Source: Psammoneis japonica (Eukaryota). From it: a DNA stretch of 64,000 nt. Position numbers and translations under genes: made by a program. Below are positions 24,011-36,700 of this stretch, in pieces. The stretch covers positions 1 through 64,000 of the forward strand of contig QPGO01000040.1 in the NCBI GenBank assembly GCA_008632985.1, written 5' to 3'. A model generated the notes under the pieces. It did not search any database, had not been told where the DNA came from, and worked only from the letters and a program-made list of their open reading frames with translations. Position 1 is the first letter of the stretch, and every line of letters starts with the position of its first letter.

Positions 24011-26289
24011 ATGAAGCTTAATCTTCTCCATTTGCCATTGGTGCTGACACCGCTTTATGGAGTCAATGGTGGTCTCTTGGACTCATTCCATCGAAGTTTG
24101 CCAGGTGCTGAGCCGCCGCTTCCTTGCACTGTTGAAAACTTGCCAAAGCATCCTCCAGGCGCTGCCCTCCAGACGGTAATGAAGTTCGTTGCCTATGGAG
24201 ACATTCCATATGAAGAAAGTGAGAGGTACTGCATGAATCAGCAGCTTCGTGAAATGGATCTCAATACTCCTGGAGGACCGGGTAAGTTGCGAACGTCGGA
24301 TTTGTCCATTGCTCCCTTTGGTTTGTTTACTTGAGATGCGTTCCTCAATCAAGATTTTGTTGTTGCCTACAGAGTTTGCGATCCATGTTGGCGACATCAA
24401 GTGGGGCCAAGATGAATGCACCGAATTCTCTTACAGCGATGTAGCACAAATCATTGATCACCCAGAGAACAAAAAGAAGTATGATCCTAGGGTGAGATTT
24501 TTTTCGTTTTCAATGTCACCTCTTCCTTGTCGACTTCTAATGCTAGTATTTGTCTTGTAGGATATGTTTTTCGTCGTTGGAGACAACGAATGGGTCGATT
24601 GTAGGGATGACCGTGAATTGGCTTGGGCGCGTTACAACTACTACTTTGGCCCCAATGGTCCTCAGAAGTTTGGCACTGGCTCCCCTTCAAAAGGATTCAG
24701 GATCATGCGACAAGTTACTGACTATCACATGAACATGCCTGCATACAACCGAGGCGAAAACTTTTGTTTTGAAAAGAAGGGAATTCTTTATTGTGGATTC
24801 AATGTTATTGGAGGTAAGAAGTTCTATATTTTTCACTCTATATACTTCGTTTATTCTGAGCACTCTAAGCATTTTACTGCATCTTATATGACCAGGTAAC
24901 AAGTTGTATGGAGATGAGGATGAGCGTCATCCTCAAAATGTTGCGTGGCTCAAGCAAAACATGGAAATGTACGACAAGGACGTGAAAGCACTTGTTATTA
25001 TGGCCCACGCTGACATGAGGTCCGTAAGAAAAAACCCATGGGGTAGGGAAATTCAAGGATACCTGAGAGATTACTACCCTGACGTCCCCGTTTTGTACAT
25101 CCATGGAAACGGGCACGATTTTTGCGTCTACGATGTCAACCCGAAGAACCCAAACTTTTACGCTGTCGAAGTCGAAGCAGGTGCCTTTGCGCCGCCCATG
25201 ATTGTGTCAATTGTTGAAGACACGAATACGGGAAAGTATCTCTTCGAGATTGACCGCCAAGGAGGTCTCTATGACCCGCCAGGATCCTGTCCCGCTATAA
25301 TGGAGAAAACATGGGCAGCTCATACGCCCGTAGTGAACCCCGATGGCTCGATTAGTGGCGGAGCTCTTGCAGACTCCACTCCCGACGTTGCTCCAACTCC
25401 TCCAGAAACGCCTTCGCCCACCAGCGCACCGAAAACGCCGTCGCCCACCAGCGCACCGGAAACGCCGTCGCCCACCAGCGCACCGGAAACGCCGTCGCCC
25501 ACCAGCGCACCGGAAACGCCGTCACCCACCAGCGCACCGCAAACACCGTCGCCCACCAGCGCACCGGAAACGCCGTCGCCCACCAGCACACCGCAAACGC
25601 CTTTGCCCACTACGTCTCCTACAGAACCGCCAACGACTCCTCCCACGTCTCCGCCCACCCTTTCACCAACCGCAGCTAAAGTTAATGCATTGACGAGTAC
25701 TAAAAAGGTCGGAGGAGGACTGATTGCACCGGATACTGGGACTGTCACAAAGACCGGAAGCGAACCTGTTGCTACCAAAACGCCTCCCCCCCCTGCCCCG
25801 GCACCTGCCCCGGCACCGGCACCTGCCCCGGCACCGGCGAATCCACAGCTCCCACCATTTCCGTCTGCCAAAGGAGACTATCAGAGCAAGTACTTCAGCA
25901 GATTGCGGAGATCGGGCATGCGACAGCAATACTATGACAGAATGATGTACTACGTGGAGTTCGTCGAAGAATGTGATACGAAGGAGGGCGCGGAGGGAGG
26001 TATCGAAGTCCTCCAGGATTATTGCAAGGAATTGAAAAGTAATGGCCTCGTCAGCAGCTACCAATACAAGCAAACATATTACATGGTGAAGGATATGAAG
26101 GAGTGGAAAGAAAAATTGGTCAAGGACGCTGAAGAGGAGTGGAAAGATAGAGAAGATACAATCAAGGACGATGCGCAAGAGGAGCTTAAAGACCGGGAAG
26201 AAGCTGCAGTCAAATCATTGAAGTCGGAATTCGATGAGGAAAAAGACGCCATGAAAGACGCAGGTTCTGGATCGGGGTCTAGTCGTTAG
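24011..26289 (+). CDS. Secreted calcineurin-like metallophosphoesterase with Thr/Pro/Ser-rich stalk and acidic coiled-coil tail (3 introns)
   Basis: Signal peptide MKLNLLHLPLVLTPLYGVNG; motifs GDIPY, HVGDIK, VGDNEW, AHAD, HGNGH; GT-AG introns at approx. 24282-24371, 24492-24560 and 24814-24895. Confidence 0.8.
25402..25610 (+). repeat. 27-bp coding tandem repeat (TSAPETPSP x ~7)
   Basis: Repeated unit ccaccagcgcaccggaaacgccgtcgc. Confidence 0.9.
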
Positions 26290-26399
26290 AAGCTTAGAAA
26301 TATCCTAAATGTTGATGGAACGTGTATGTCTTCTCTTAAGTTCAAAACATTACATAGTCAGATTGGCTGTACTGCATTTCTTCTCTCAGCTCGTAATCT

Positions 26400-27591
26400 T
26401 CAAGATGAAGCTTTGAATGTGGACACGTCTTTCTTTTTCTTCTTCTTTTTCAATCCGCCTCCGGCAGCTAGAGCAGCCTCCTTGCTGCCAGCGACTGTCT
26501 TCTTGATGGAAGATGTTGTAGATGCTGGTTTTGATGTTTCTGTAGCTTTAGACGGTTTTGGTTCTGGAGCCTTGGGTGGCTCTGTCTGTGGTGTGGGCGC
26601 TGCGGCAGGTTTGGAGTACGGTCTTGATGCTGCGGCTGACGCAGCACCTCGTCCCCAAGTGCTGCTTGCGGAAGGAGGTTTCTTCGAGGTCGCTTTGAGT
26701 TGAGCCGACTGCTGCTGTTGCTTTTGCTCTTGAATAATTTGATCTGCCGTGCTGAGATCGGGAAACAAATTCTCATCTTGCGTATCCACCTTTCGGTTGG
26801 CGGATGATGTTGATGCGCCCATTCGAACACGGGACAGGGAAGCGGCACCGCCGGCACGCAAATGCGGAGGGACCCACTTGCCTCCAGAGGCAGAATCAGC
26901 AGCCGCTGCGGCTGCAAATCGGGGTTGGCCAGATGCAGATTTACTAGTAGCTCCTTTTTTTGCCTCCTCCTTCTCCTTTTTTAATCGTTCGGCTTCACGT
27001 TCCATTCCTTCTCGCGCAGCAGCAAGAGCGGCCTTGGTTTCCTCCACTCTCATCCGTTCTGCTATGTCGTCTTGTTCATTTCTTTGCTTTTCTAGAGCCT
27101 TCATATCCATGAGTTCTTGTGTACCAGTCGTCTTTACAGCTGCATTAGTCGGCGCATCGATCGGTGCGTCCTCCCATTGTTGGTCGGGCGTTGTTCCCGG
27201 CGCGTTTGATTCGTCTCCCGCCGGTTGCTGTTTGTCTTGACTATCAGTGTTATTGAGTGACGTCGACGCCAAGGTGGAACTCAGTCCAGCAGCAACATCT
27301 CCGTCGGTGGATAGAGCAGGTGCATCACTGTAATTCAGGTTGTTGAACGACAATACAAAGAGAGTTAGTACCTAGTATTTTACTCGAAAGAGTGAATGAG
27401 AAAATCTAGCTTTTGCTTTTCCCTCCTCGATCCACGAATGATTTCAAAGTGTAGTAAACGACAGGCCACGGACACACTTACACATGGACAGTCGATGTGA
27501 CAGTCGACGCATCGATTTTGTTGGCATTGAAACCTTTGAACGCCTTTTTCTTCTTCTTTTTGTTTGCAAAAAATGCAGCAGTGTCCGACAT
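26400..27591 (-). CDS. CDV3-like low-complexity protein (1 intron at approx. 27482-27330)
   Basis: Exon 1 reads MSDTAAFFANKKKKKKAFKGFNANKIDAS; exon 2 contains KWVPPHLR and DENLFPDL, motifs typical of CDV3 homologues. Confidence 0.65.
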
Positions 27592-27954
27592 GGTGAAATG
27601 GTGTAACGAGAGTCAACGAGAACGCTAATCAATAGCGAAAGAAATGCGGTTCACGCTGTCGCGGTCGTCTTGGCGATAAAAAAAGTGGTGGCTGATGGTT
27701 GCACTGGTGGTTACGTAGCTTCTGGTATGCTATGTACGTAGCAAGAAAATTCGCGCGCTTTTTCACGAGAGCCGCACATTTTGCGCACACGTCATCCAAG
27801 TCGAGTCGGACGATTCAAAAGGTGAAATGAAGAGCAAAATCTCCCGCCGCTTTTGGTCGTTGGTCCCTGGTCCACTGACGCAACGGCATGAATCCTTCTC
27901 TTCGATAGCTTTGACACCTCACAATTTTGCGTTCTTTCCATCATCAACACCGCA

Positions 27955-28756
27955 ATGATGTCCATCCGTGCCTTTGTCGTTGCTCTCTTGGCAACCTCTG
28001 CAGTTGCTTTTGTTCCTTCGAGCAACAAGCCGCTGTTTGCTTCCAAGCACAGCAGCACTACGCTCTCCATGTCGATGGAGCGTACTTGTAAGTGATGCGA
28101 TGGTCTTCATATTGCGAAATTGATCAACGCATCTGTTATTTTAGCAATGAACTGACGAATTCGTTTGCTTTTGATTGCTTTTATTATCTTTTACATAGAT
28201 ATTATGATCAAGGTACGAAACCGAGCCGTTTGAACACAAAGATTTGCGATTGATACAGACGAATGTCGTATACAGCATCTGACGGTACATCATTGTAATT
28301 GTTTTGTATTTCTCGTTTTATAAAAAAAAACAGCCCGACGGTGTTCAGCGCGGATTGGTGGGAAACATTGTGAATCGCTTTGAAACCAAAGGATACAAGC
28401 TTGTTGCAATGAAGACGAAACTTGCCAGCAAGGAATTGTTGGAGACGCATTACAAGGATTTGGTGGAAAAGCCCTTTTTCCCCAAGCTGCGGGATTACAT
28501 GCTGAGTGGTCCCGTTGTGTGCATGGTGTGGGAAGGCAAGGAGGCCGTGTCGACGGGTCGAAAAATGTTGGGAGCGACAAATCCTCTTGAATCCAACCCC
28601 GGAACCATTCGTGGTGATTTCTGTATTGAGGTGGGACGCAACATTTGTCATGGGTCGGATTCGGTAGAAAACGCCAACAAAGAAATTGAACTGTGGTTTG
28701 ATGAATCCGAGTTGCTTGATTGGGAATCTCATTCTCATGATTGGATTTACGAGTAG
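27955..28756 (+). CDS. NDK: Nucleoside diphosphate kinase with bipartite plastid-type presequence; exons 27955-28087, 28199-28212, 28334-28756
   Basis: Spliced sequence reads [21 protein letters not shown]...[18 protein letters not shown]...PGTIRGDF...RNICHGSDS. Confidence 0.95.
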
Positions 28757-29609
28757 GAACCGAGTAAGAGAATGTGGGAAGCACCCAAGCTAGCTACTCT
28801 GTAGAGAGAATTATCATCCTGTGTTTCGGTTTATGCTAGAGTATCGCAGCTTTGTCGTCCAAAACGATCCAAATTGCATAGGCCCTCTCTAGACAACAAG
28901 ATTGGCAACACACCTTGACACCCAGGCCAATGAATCCCCTGTATCAACCCATTCAAGGCAACTCGATATGTCATAGTCGACGCTGTCTCACAGATTACAA
29001 CAATGCCACTATCAACGGCAAGCCCACTTCTTCATTCCCCAAAAGAAATAAAGGGGATTGTGCTTGAACACGTCTTTGATTCTGGTGCCGGTATGTGACT
29101 CTGTTTCAGGAAAAAAACACAGCAATGTAATTATCAAGCAGTGTTGAGCGGCTGCACAGGATCCAAGTTATACAATGAGTAAATGGTAGAAAACATGGCT
29201 CAGTGGCATACACTTGCAACATTCTTTTTTACAGCCTCTCTAGAATAGAATAATTCTGGATCCGACTATGGCTTTATCCACCAAGCTAGAGCGTGGTGCC
29301 AAACATATTCACTACTTTTAAAGTCCATAACTGTTTTATTTGTTCCTGGTACTCTACTGTAGTCAGTGATGCTGCAAGGGAGGCAATTTTCTCGTACTTG
29401 TCGTTTCTTCAGAAGACTTACGGCTACTATTCTTTCGGCAACGATGGAAGACTCAGATCGAGCCATGCCATCACAATATCTTCTGCACTGTACCTGTAGT
29501 TCATTTTGCGTAGCGACTTAGGGATCATCACAAAACTTATCCAGGTTCAGAGTCATGAGAGTCCCTGAAACTAACACGTGCAGAAGCATGATAAAACTGA
29601 ATTGGATTA

Positions 29610-29978
29610 TTACTCCTCGTCGTTTGTATCAGCGAGGTAGTAGTGGTGGTTGTTGTATTCAAACGGCAAGTGAGCACCCTCCGGAGCATCAATCCACTTC
29701 TCATCGACTTGCTTGATTCTCGTGACTCTCAACCACTGTTCACCTCCTTCCAGAGTGAGTACTTGTCCCTTGAGCAAGGCATTGTCGTGAGGCCAATCGC
29801 CACGTGAAGTTAATTCCGTGTTGCCCGTGGGATCCTCTCTCCAAAACATACCGGTACACCCTGGGCGTCGCTTTTTCAGAGCATAAGTTCCAATACGACT
29901 CTCCAACGTGTAATTGGTAATGCGAGGCTTGTCGTTTGCACTGGCGTCGACGTTGTCCTTGCTACGGCAACTTCCCAT
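29610..29978 (-). CDS. Small hypothetical protein with N-terminal MGSC (possible dual acylation)
   Basis: Intact 122-aa ORF from MGSCRSK; normal composition including Tyr. Confidence 0.6.
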   Translation of the reverse strand: MGSCRSKDNVDASANDKPRITNYTLESRIGTYALKKRRPGCTGMFWREDPTGNTELTSRGDWPHDNALLKGQVLTLEGGEQWLRVTRIKQVDEKWIDAPEGAHLPFEYNNHHYYLADTNDEE

Positions 29979-30728
29979 GGTGAAGAACCAAGCAAAATAG
30001 ACCACTTTTGTGACCTTTTTTGGATGGACAGCTTGCCGAGTTTCATTTTTGGCATGCCAGTAGAAATTCAATGTGTTTCTACATGCGACAGTTTCTCATA
30101 CATTCGTACGAACATCACGAACTCTGCGAGCTCCAACACGAGAATAACACGAAGCACTAAGAGTTTTTGCGAGAGAGCGAATGGTGTTGCTAACACACTG
30201 TGAATGCAAAGTAAAAATGCCAAAACATTGTTGTTGCATAACATGTGGATGGTTGGTCTATCGACAGACAAAACAAATCGCCTTCAAAGCTGGTCAGAAG
30301 CTTCGACAGACTGCACAGCTCTGTTTGCATGTTGTTGCGTCGCAACAGAGGCCTGCGTCGCCCACTTTGAATCATTCTCAAATGATGACCACAGCCAGCT
30401 CCTCCACCAACATCACTGTTGTCTCCCACATCATGTTGCTGTTCAATTCAATCAATGCTCTCTGCAGCAGGAGAGCAAATGATGAGACTTCTGGCTCGTC
30501 CAACAAGATGACAACGACGCCGGCTCGACAACTCTCCAGCATTTTTGTTTCAGTCACAGATTTGTCATGTGACTGGTTGACATCCACAACCACGAATCTT
30601 TTCGAAAGCATCACTTGTTTGCACCCACAAAGCAGAGCCCTCTAAACTGCTGCTGCTGCATGGAGAGAAGGATGACAAAGCAGCCAGCCACAGCTCCTGG
30701 ATGAGCAACCAACATTTCAGAACAAGTT

Positions 30729-33700
30729 TGACAGGATTTGAACAGGATTTGGATGCGCGCGAAGCATCGCGCGCTGTTTAGTTTACCGTGCACAGTTTTG
30801 TGTGCTTTAGTTCCGCGCGTTCACGCGCGATGTAGTTTGCTTTCGAGCCACAAGGCTCACAAGAATGATGACAGTGGCCCGATCACACCGACTCACACGT
30901 CTTTTGGCTCCTGCAACGGTCTCTGAGCGGAGACTCATCTGCCATTTAGACAGCAGCAAGGAGTTGTTGTTTGAGTTCTTGCCATTTGCCTTCATTTTCT
31001 ATCAGATTGACAGTCTTGCTCATTGTCAACCCATTGAGCAACCGCCATCGTCGTCGTTGATTTACCAACGACGCCACTTCAATTCTGCGTGGACCTCCGC
31101 ACATGTTCTACATGCATCGGCAAGTCTGTGCGCATTCAATGCCAGGGCATCGGCAGGAAGTTAACGTCACCGTCAAGTCTCCTTGCCGCTGGACATCTGG
31201 ATTGATCACACCACCTTTGATCGCTGAAGACAAACATTCAACGGTCATGTCCAAGTCTGTCCTTGATCCTCATCCCTTGATGTGCCTGTTCATCGGTTGA
31301 CGGTCAAGAACCCCACATGTTCAAGGATCTTCGTCGCTGAAGACATGTGCACATGTGCATGTCTTCACGGCCAAGAACCTGCACCCACTCTTCGGACTGC
31401 GGTTTTGCTGCCACTCTACAAGCACACCGAGTCCATTGCACCTGATCTCCCCCAGACCACTGGTGCTCTGCAGTTCCACTGGGTCCACGAGGATGACTGT
31501 GAGAGCAAGCAGCCGTGACTGCAGCCTGCGTTGGGGCGAGGGTGCTTTCCCACGTTTGTTCGTTCGTCCACAGCGCCCAACGCCTGCGTCAACTGGCCAG
31601 CCTGATCGGGAAATCCAACCAACATAAAACAAGAACGGTTCGGGGGTCTTGTCCACCTCCAGTCAGCTTGCCTGCAGGGGTTTGCAACCCGCTGCTCCGC
31701 TCGTGAGCAACCCAAAGCGCCGCCAGCTGCGGGTTTGGACGTGCCGGCACAACTCTGCGGACCGGATGGGAAGTTTAGCACTTGACAACGAACGGGACAG
31801 CACAGCCCGGCGACTTCTGATTTTAAGACAGTTCAAGATTTCAAGTCAAGTCTGTTTCAAGTCAAGTCCATTCTCACCCAAGTTTCGAGTCCACCTTCTC
31901 TTCCCAACCAGAATTGATTGTCCTGACACCACTTTTGTCTGCCATGGTTCTCACTCGTCAGCAACAAACCGATGGTTTCGAGCACGTGGTTGGAACCATG
32001 CTTGCCCAAGGTGCTGGGAGTCCTCTTTGTTTGGCTTTGGCCCAAGACGGCACGGACTCGTGTCAGGAACTGTTCACGTTCATGCCATCCCAAATCGACT
32101 CACTTGAGTGCGACAACGGCACTGATGTGATCCCTTTGCCCCGTGGTTGTAAGAACATGTTAGCAGCACCAGTCAGTCTGTGCATTGTCAAAGCACACAA
32201 AGGTCTTGACGTTGCCAACGACTCCTCTTTGTTCACGCATGACGAGTTCCTTGCCTGCCGCCTCAGCCCCGACTGCATGTCTTCTGTGTCCATCGGCAGC
32301 TCACCCCTTGCACCTCCACATGTCACCAACCCGACCAAGGCACGCGACCCGGTGCGGGACTTCAAGCGAGGCATCAAGCGTGATCCCACCGCTTTCACGG
32401 CTCTCAAATCCGACAAGCAGTGGCACACTTGGCACACCTCACTTGTGGCACAAGCCCGTGCCCAAGACGTCGAGTGCACTCTAGACTCGTCGTACAAACC
32501 GACCAGCCTCGAAGACAAACTGCTCTTTGCTGAACAGCAAAAGTGCATGTTCGCCGTCTTCGAACGCATCCTTCTCACCGACAAGGGCAAGGCTCTCATT
32601 CGCGAAAATGTGGGGTCTTCTGACGCACAGACCGTCTGCCGCTCCTTGTCTGAGTGCGCGCTTGCCTCCACCCGCGCATCTGTCGAGTCCTCCACCCTGC
32701 TCACGCACCTGACCACCGCGCGTCTTGGTGATGGCACTTGGAAAGGTCCGACCCACGGGTTCATCCTTCATTGGCAAGACCAGTTGCGCAAGTGCGAGGC
32801 ACTCATCCCGGCCAGTGACCACTTCTCTGAAGGACAGAAGCGCGTCATGCTCGAGAATGCCGTGCACCCTGTCGAGGAACTCTGTGCTGTCAAGAACCAA
32901 GCTGATCAGCATCGTACGCAGAGTGGCAAGAGCCTCACACACGATCAATGCTGTGGCTTGCTCCTCTCGCGGCAGCTCAGTGTGACAGCACGTTTCAACC
33001 CAAGACGACACCTCGAGCTCCCCGACGCGCCACACACGCACATGACGTCTGCTCCGAGGAACCGTCCGACGATGTGTTCTGCGACATTGACAGCGACGTT
33101 GACGTCCTTCAGGCCAATGCTGCCCACACCCGCGGTCCCAGCCTCACCGGTGTCCAATGGAGACGTCTCCCTCCCGACCACCAACGGCTCTGGGATTCGT
33201 TGCCCGATTCCTCCAAGGCGATCATCCTTGAGCATTCTCGTCCACCTCCCCGCAACCCGCGAGCCAGTGACTGCCATGAGTCTGTTGCGGCCACCCTTCA
33301 CGACCAACGCCTTGGGAGTGACGGTGATGTCAACTTGTCCAACACGACTCCTGCTGACTGTGGTGACTCCGCTGCACATGTGGACGCCATTTCGGACAAT
33401 CCCATCCTGGCGCACCTCACCAAGCGCAAGCCACTGCCACCCGGTGATCTGCAGCGTCTGTTGTCTCCTAACCAAGCCCCCAATGCCAGTCGACCGGGGC
33501 CATCCGCCGCTTCCTCTACCCCGCCAGCTTCTGCAGATGACACAGAACTTGACGGCCGCACTTGCCGCCGCGTCAACAACCACAATGTCATTTGCTCTGC
33601 CTCTGCTCATCGCTCCACACGCACTGGCGCTCTAGTCGATCGTGGGGCCAACGGCGGCATTGCTGGCGACGACGTCCGCGTCATCGCACGCACCTCTCGC

Positions 33701-36700
33701 CAAGTCGACGTTCAGGGCATTGACGATCATCAATTGGTGGACATCCCCATTGTCACCGCTGGTGCCGTCATTGAGACCCAGTGTGGTCCCGTCATCGCCA
33801 TCCTCCATCAGTGCGCACACACGGGAAAGGGCAAGACCATCCATTCCTGCGGCCAGCTCGAATGGTGCAAACAGGATGTCAACGATCGCTCTGTCAAGGT
33901 GCCCAACGGCTTGCAACGTGTTGCCACTCCTGATGGCTGTGTCATCCCCATTGACATCAAGGCTGGCCTGCCTTGTGTTGCCATGTGACCTCACACTGAC
34001 GCCGAATGGGACACCCTGCCCCACGTCATCCTCACCGGTGATGACACATGGGACCCTTCCGTCCTCGATCACTCTGTCACTGACGATGACCAGTGGTGCG
34101 ACGCGATCTCTGACCTGCAGGACGATCCCACTGCCAACCTGTTTGACGAATGTGGCAACTGCCGTCACCGTGTCGTTGTCAACGAGACCATCTTGTCCGC
34201 TTCCTTGTCTGCCGATCACGCGTCCGCCCTCGATGATCACCTCATTCCAAATGACGATGTGTTCTGTGAGTGTCATCTGCATGCGATTGACCCCAAGGGC
34301 GATGACGTTCCACCTCCGGAGCGCACTGCACAGCCCAAGGACCCCCCCTTCGAGTCTCTTCGGCCTCACTTTGGCTTCCTGCCTGCCGATGCGGTCCGTC
34401 GTACTTTTGACTGCACCACGCAGTGCGCCCGCATGCCCGCCGGCACACACCTTCGCAAGGCCTTCAAATCACCCAACCCCGCCCTTAATGTGCACCGTCG
34501 CAACGAGCCTGTCGCCACTGACACCGTTTGTGCCGACACCCCGGCCGTCGACTCTGGTTGCACCAGCGCCCAACTGTTTGTTGGCACCGAGTCTACCGTC
34601 ACTGACGTCTGCGGCACTGAGACGGACAAAGAGTTTGTCAACACACTCGAGGATCAGATCCGTGAACGTGGTGCCCCATCCAAACTCATCAGCGACCGTG
34701 CTCAAGTTGAGATCAGCAACAAAGTGCTCGGGATCCTACGCGCCCTCTTCATCTCCAGCTGGCAAAGTGAGCCTCACCAGCAACACCAAAACTTTGCCGA
34801 GCGTCGACACCAGACTGTGAAGCGCATGGCGAACACTGTCATGGACCGCTTTGGTTTGCCCGCCCACACATGGCTGCTGGCGCTCATGTGCATGTGCTTC
34901 ATGCTCAACCATGCAGCGTCCCCACGTCTCCACTGGCGCACGCCCCTCGAGACTCTCACTGGATCCACCCCGGACATCAGCCCATTGCTTCGCTTTCACT
35001 GGTGGGAACCAGTGTGCTTCCACCTCGATGACTCCGATTGGCCGTCCGAATCTCGTGAGTTGCGTGGACGCTTCGTTGGCATTGCTGAGCACGTCGGCCA
35101 CCAGATGACCTTCAAGATTCTATCTGACGAGACTCAGAAGATCCTCTGCCGGTCCAACGTTCGCTCCGCCACCCCCGATCCTGCCGTTCGAAACCTGCGT
35201 CTTGATCCTCCTGATGGGGAGCCACCTGTGCCCATCATCAAATCTCGCCATGACGACAACCCCGTTGATTCTCCTGATGGGGAGATCAGGACACCCAAGA
35301 TGCCAGTTTTCGATCCGCAAGACATCATTGGACGCACCTTCCTCATGCAGCCACAAGAGGACGGACAACGCCACAGAGCTCGCATCGTCAAGGCCGTCGA
35401 AGACCACGAATGGAAAGTGAACGGCAATCCCGAGCTCACTAAGTTCGTCTGCTCTGTCAACAATGACGAATACGAGGAAGTCCTTGCCTGCAATGACATC
35501 ATGAATCACATTGAGCAAGAAGACGAAGACACCACCATTTGGAAATTTCGATGCATCGTGTCACACGAAGGCCCTCTGAAGCCTCACGACCCAACCTGGA
35601 AAGGCTCAAGCTACAACATCATGCTTGAATGGGAAAGTGGGGAGATCACGTCCGAGCCTCTTGCCATCATCGCCAAGGACGACCCCGTCACCTGTGCCAT
35701 CTATGCACGAGAGAACGGACTCCTCGACACGGATGGATGGAAGCGGTTCCGCACCATCGCGAGGCGCCAAAAGAAGCTATTTCGCATGGCCAACCAAGCC
35801 AAGCTTCGCTCCTTCCGCACTGCACCTCGCTGCAAGTGCGGATGCGAAGTTCCCCGGAACTGCAAACACGCCATGTCACCAGACGAACGCAACGGCAACC
35901 GCAAGTGGGGAGACGCAACTAATCTCGAGATGGACCAACTCGACGAATACGAAGTCTTCCATGACTGCGGGCCCTTCAAGTCTTCCACTCCTCCTGCGGG
36001 ACACAAGAAGATCCGAGTGCACCTGGTGCACGACGTGAAACACGACGGTCGCCACAAGGCACGACTCGTAGCCGACGGGCACCTCACGGACGTACCTGTC
36101 GACAGTGTCTGCTCCGGAGCAGTCTCCCTTCGTGGCCTTCGGCTGATGATTTTCCTGGCCGAACTCAACGAGCTGGAGACATGGGCCACCGACATTGGCA
36201 ATGCCTGCCTTGAAGCCACCACCAAGGAGAAGCTTTACATTGTAGCTGGACCCGAATTTGGCAAACTCGAAGGACACATCCTTGTCATCCACAAGGCACT
36301 GTATGGACTCCGCAGCTCCGGTCTCCACTGGCACGAGCGCTTCGCCGACTGCCTGCGAGCTGAAGGCTTCTTCCCCTGCCGCGCCGAACCCGACATTTGG
36401 ATGCGCAGGAACGGCGACCACTGTGAACACATTGCCGTTTATGTGGATGACCTCGCCATTGCCATGAAGGACCCTCAATCTTTCGTCGACACTCTCACGG
36501 AAAAGCACAAGTTCAAGCTCAAGGGTGCGGGACCCATTGAGTTCCATCTGGGTTGCGACTTTTCCCGGGACCCCGACGGAACCTTGTGCCTGTCTCCGCG
36601 CAAGTACATCGAGCGCATGGTCGACAGCTGCGCCCGACTGTTTGGGGAGAAACCTGCCACCAACGCCCTGTCACCTCTAGAGAAGGGTGACCACCCCGAA

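Noticed and set aside
25320..25871. Antisense Gly/Ala/Val-rich ORF
   Set aside because: It is the shadow of the Pro/Thr repeat on the coding strand.
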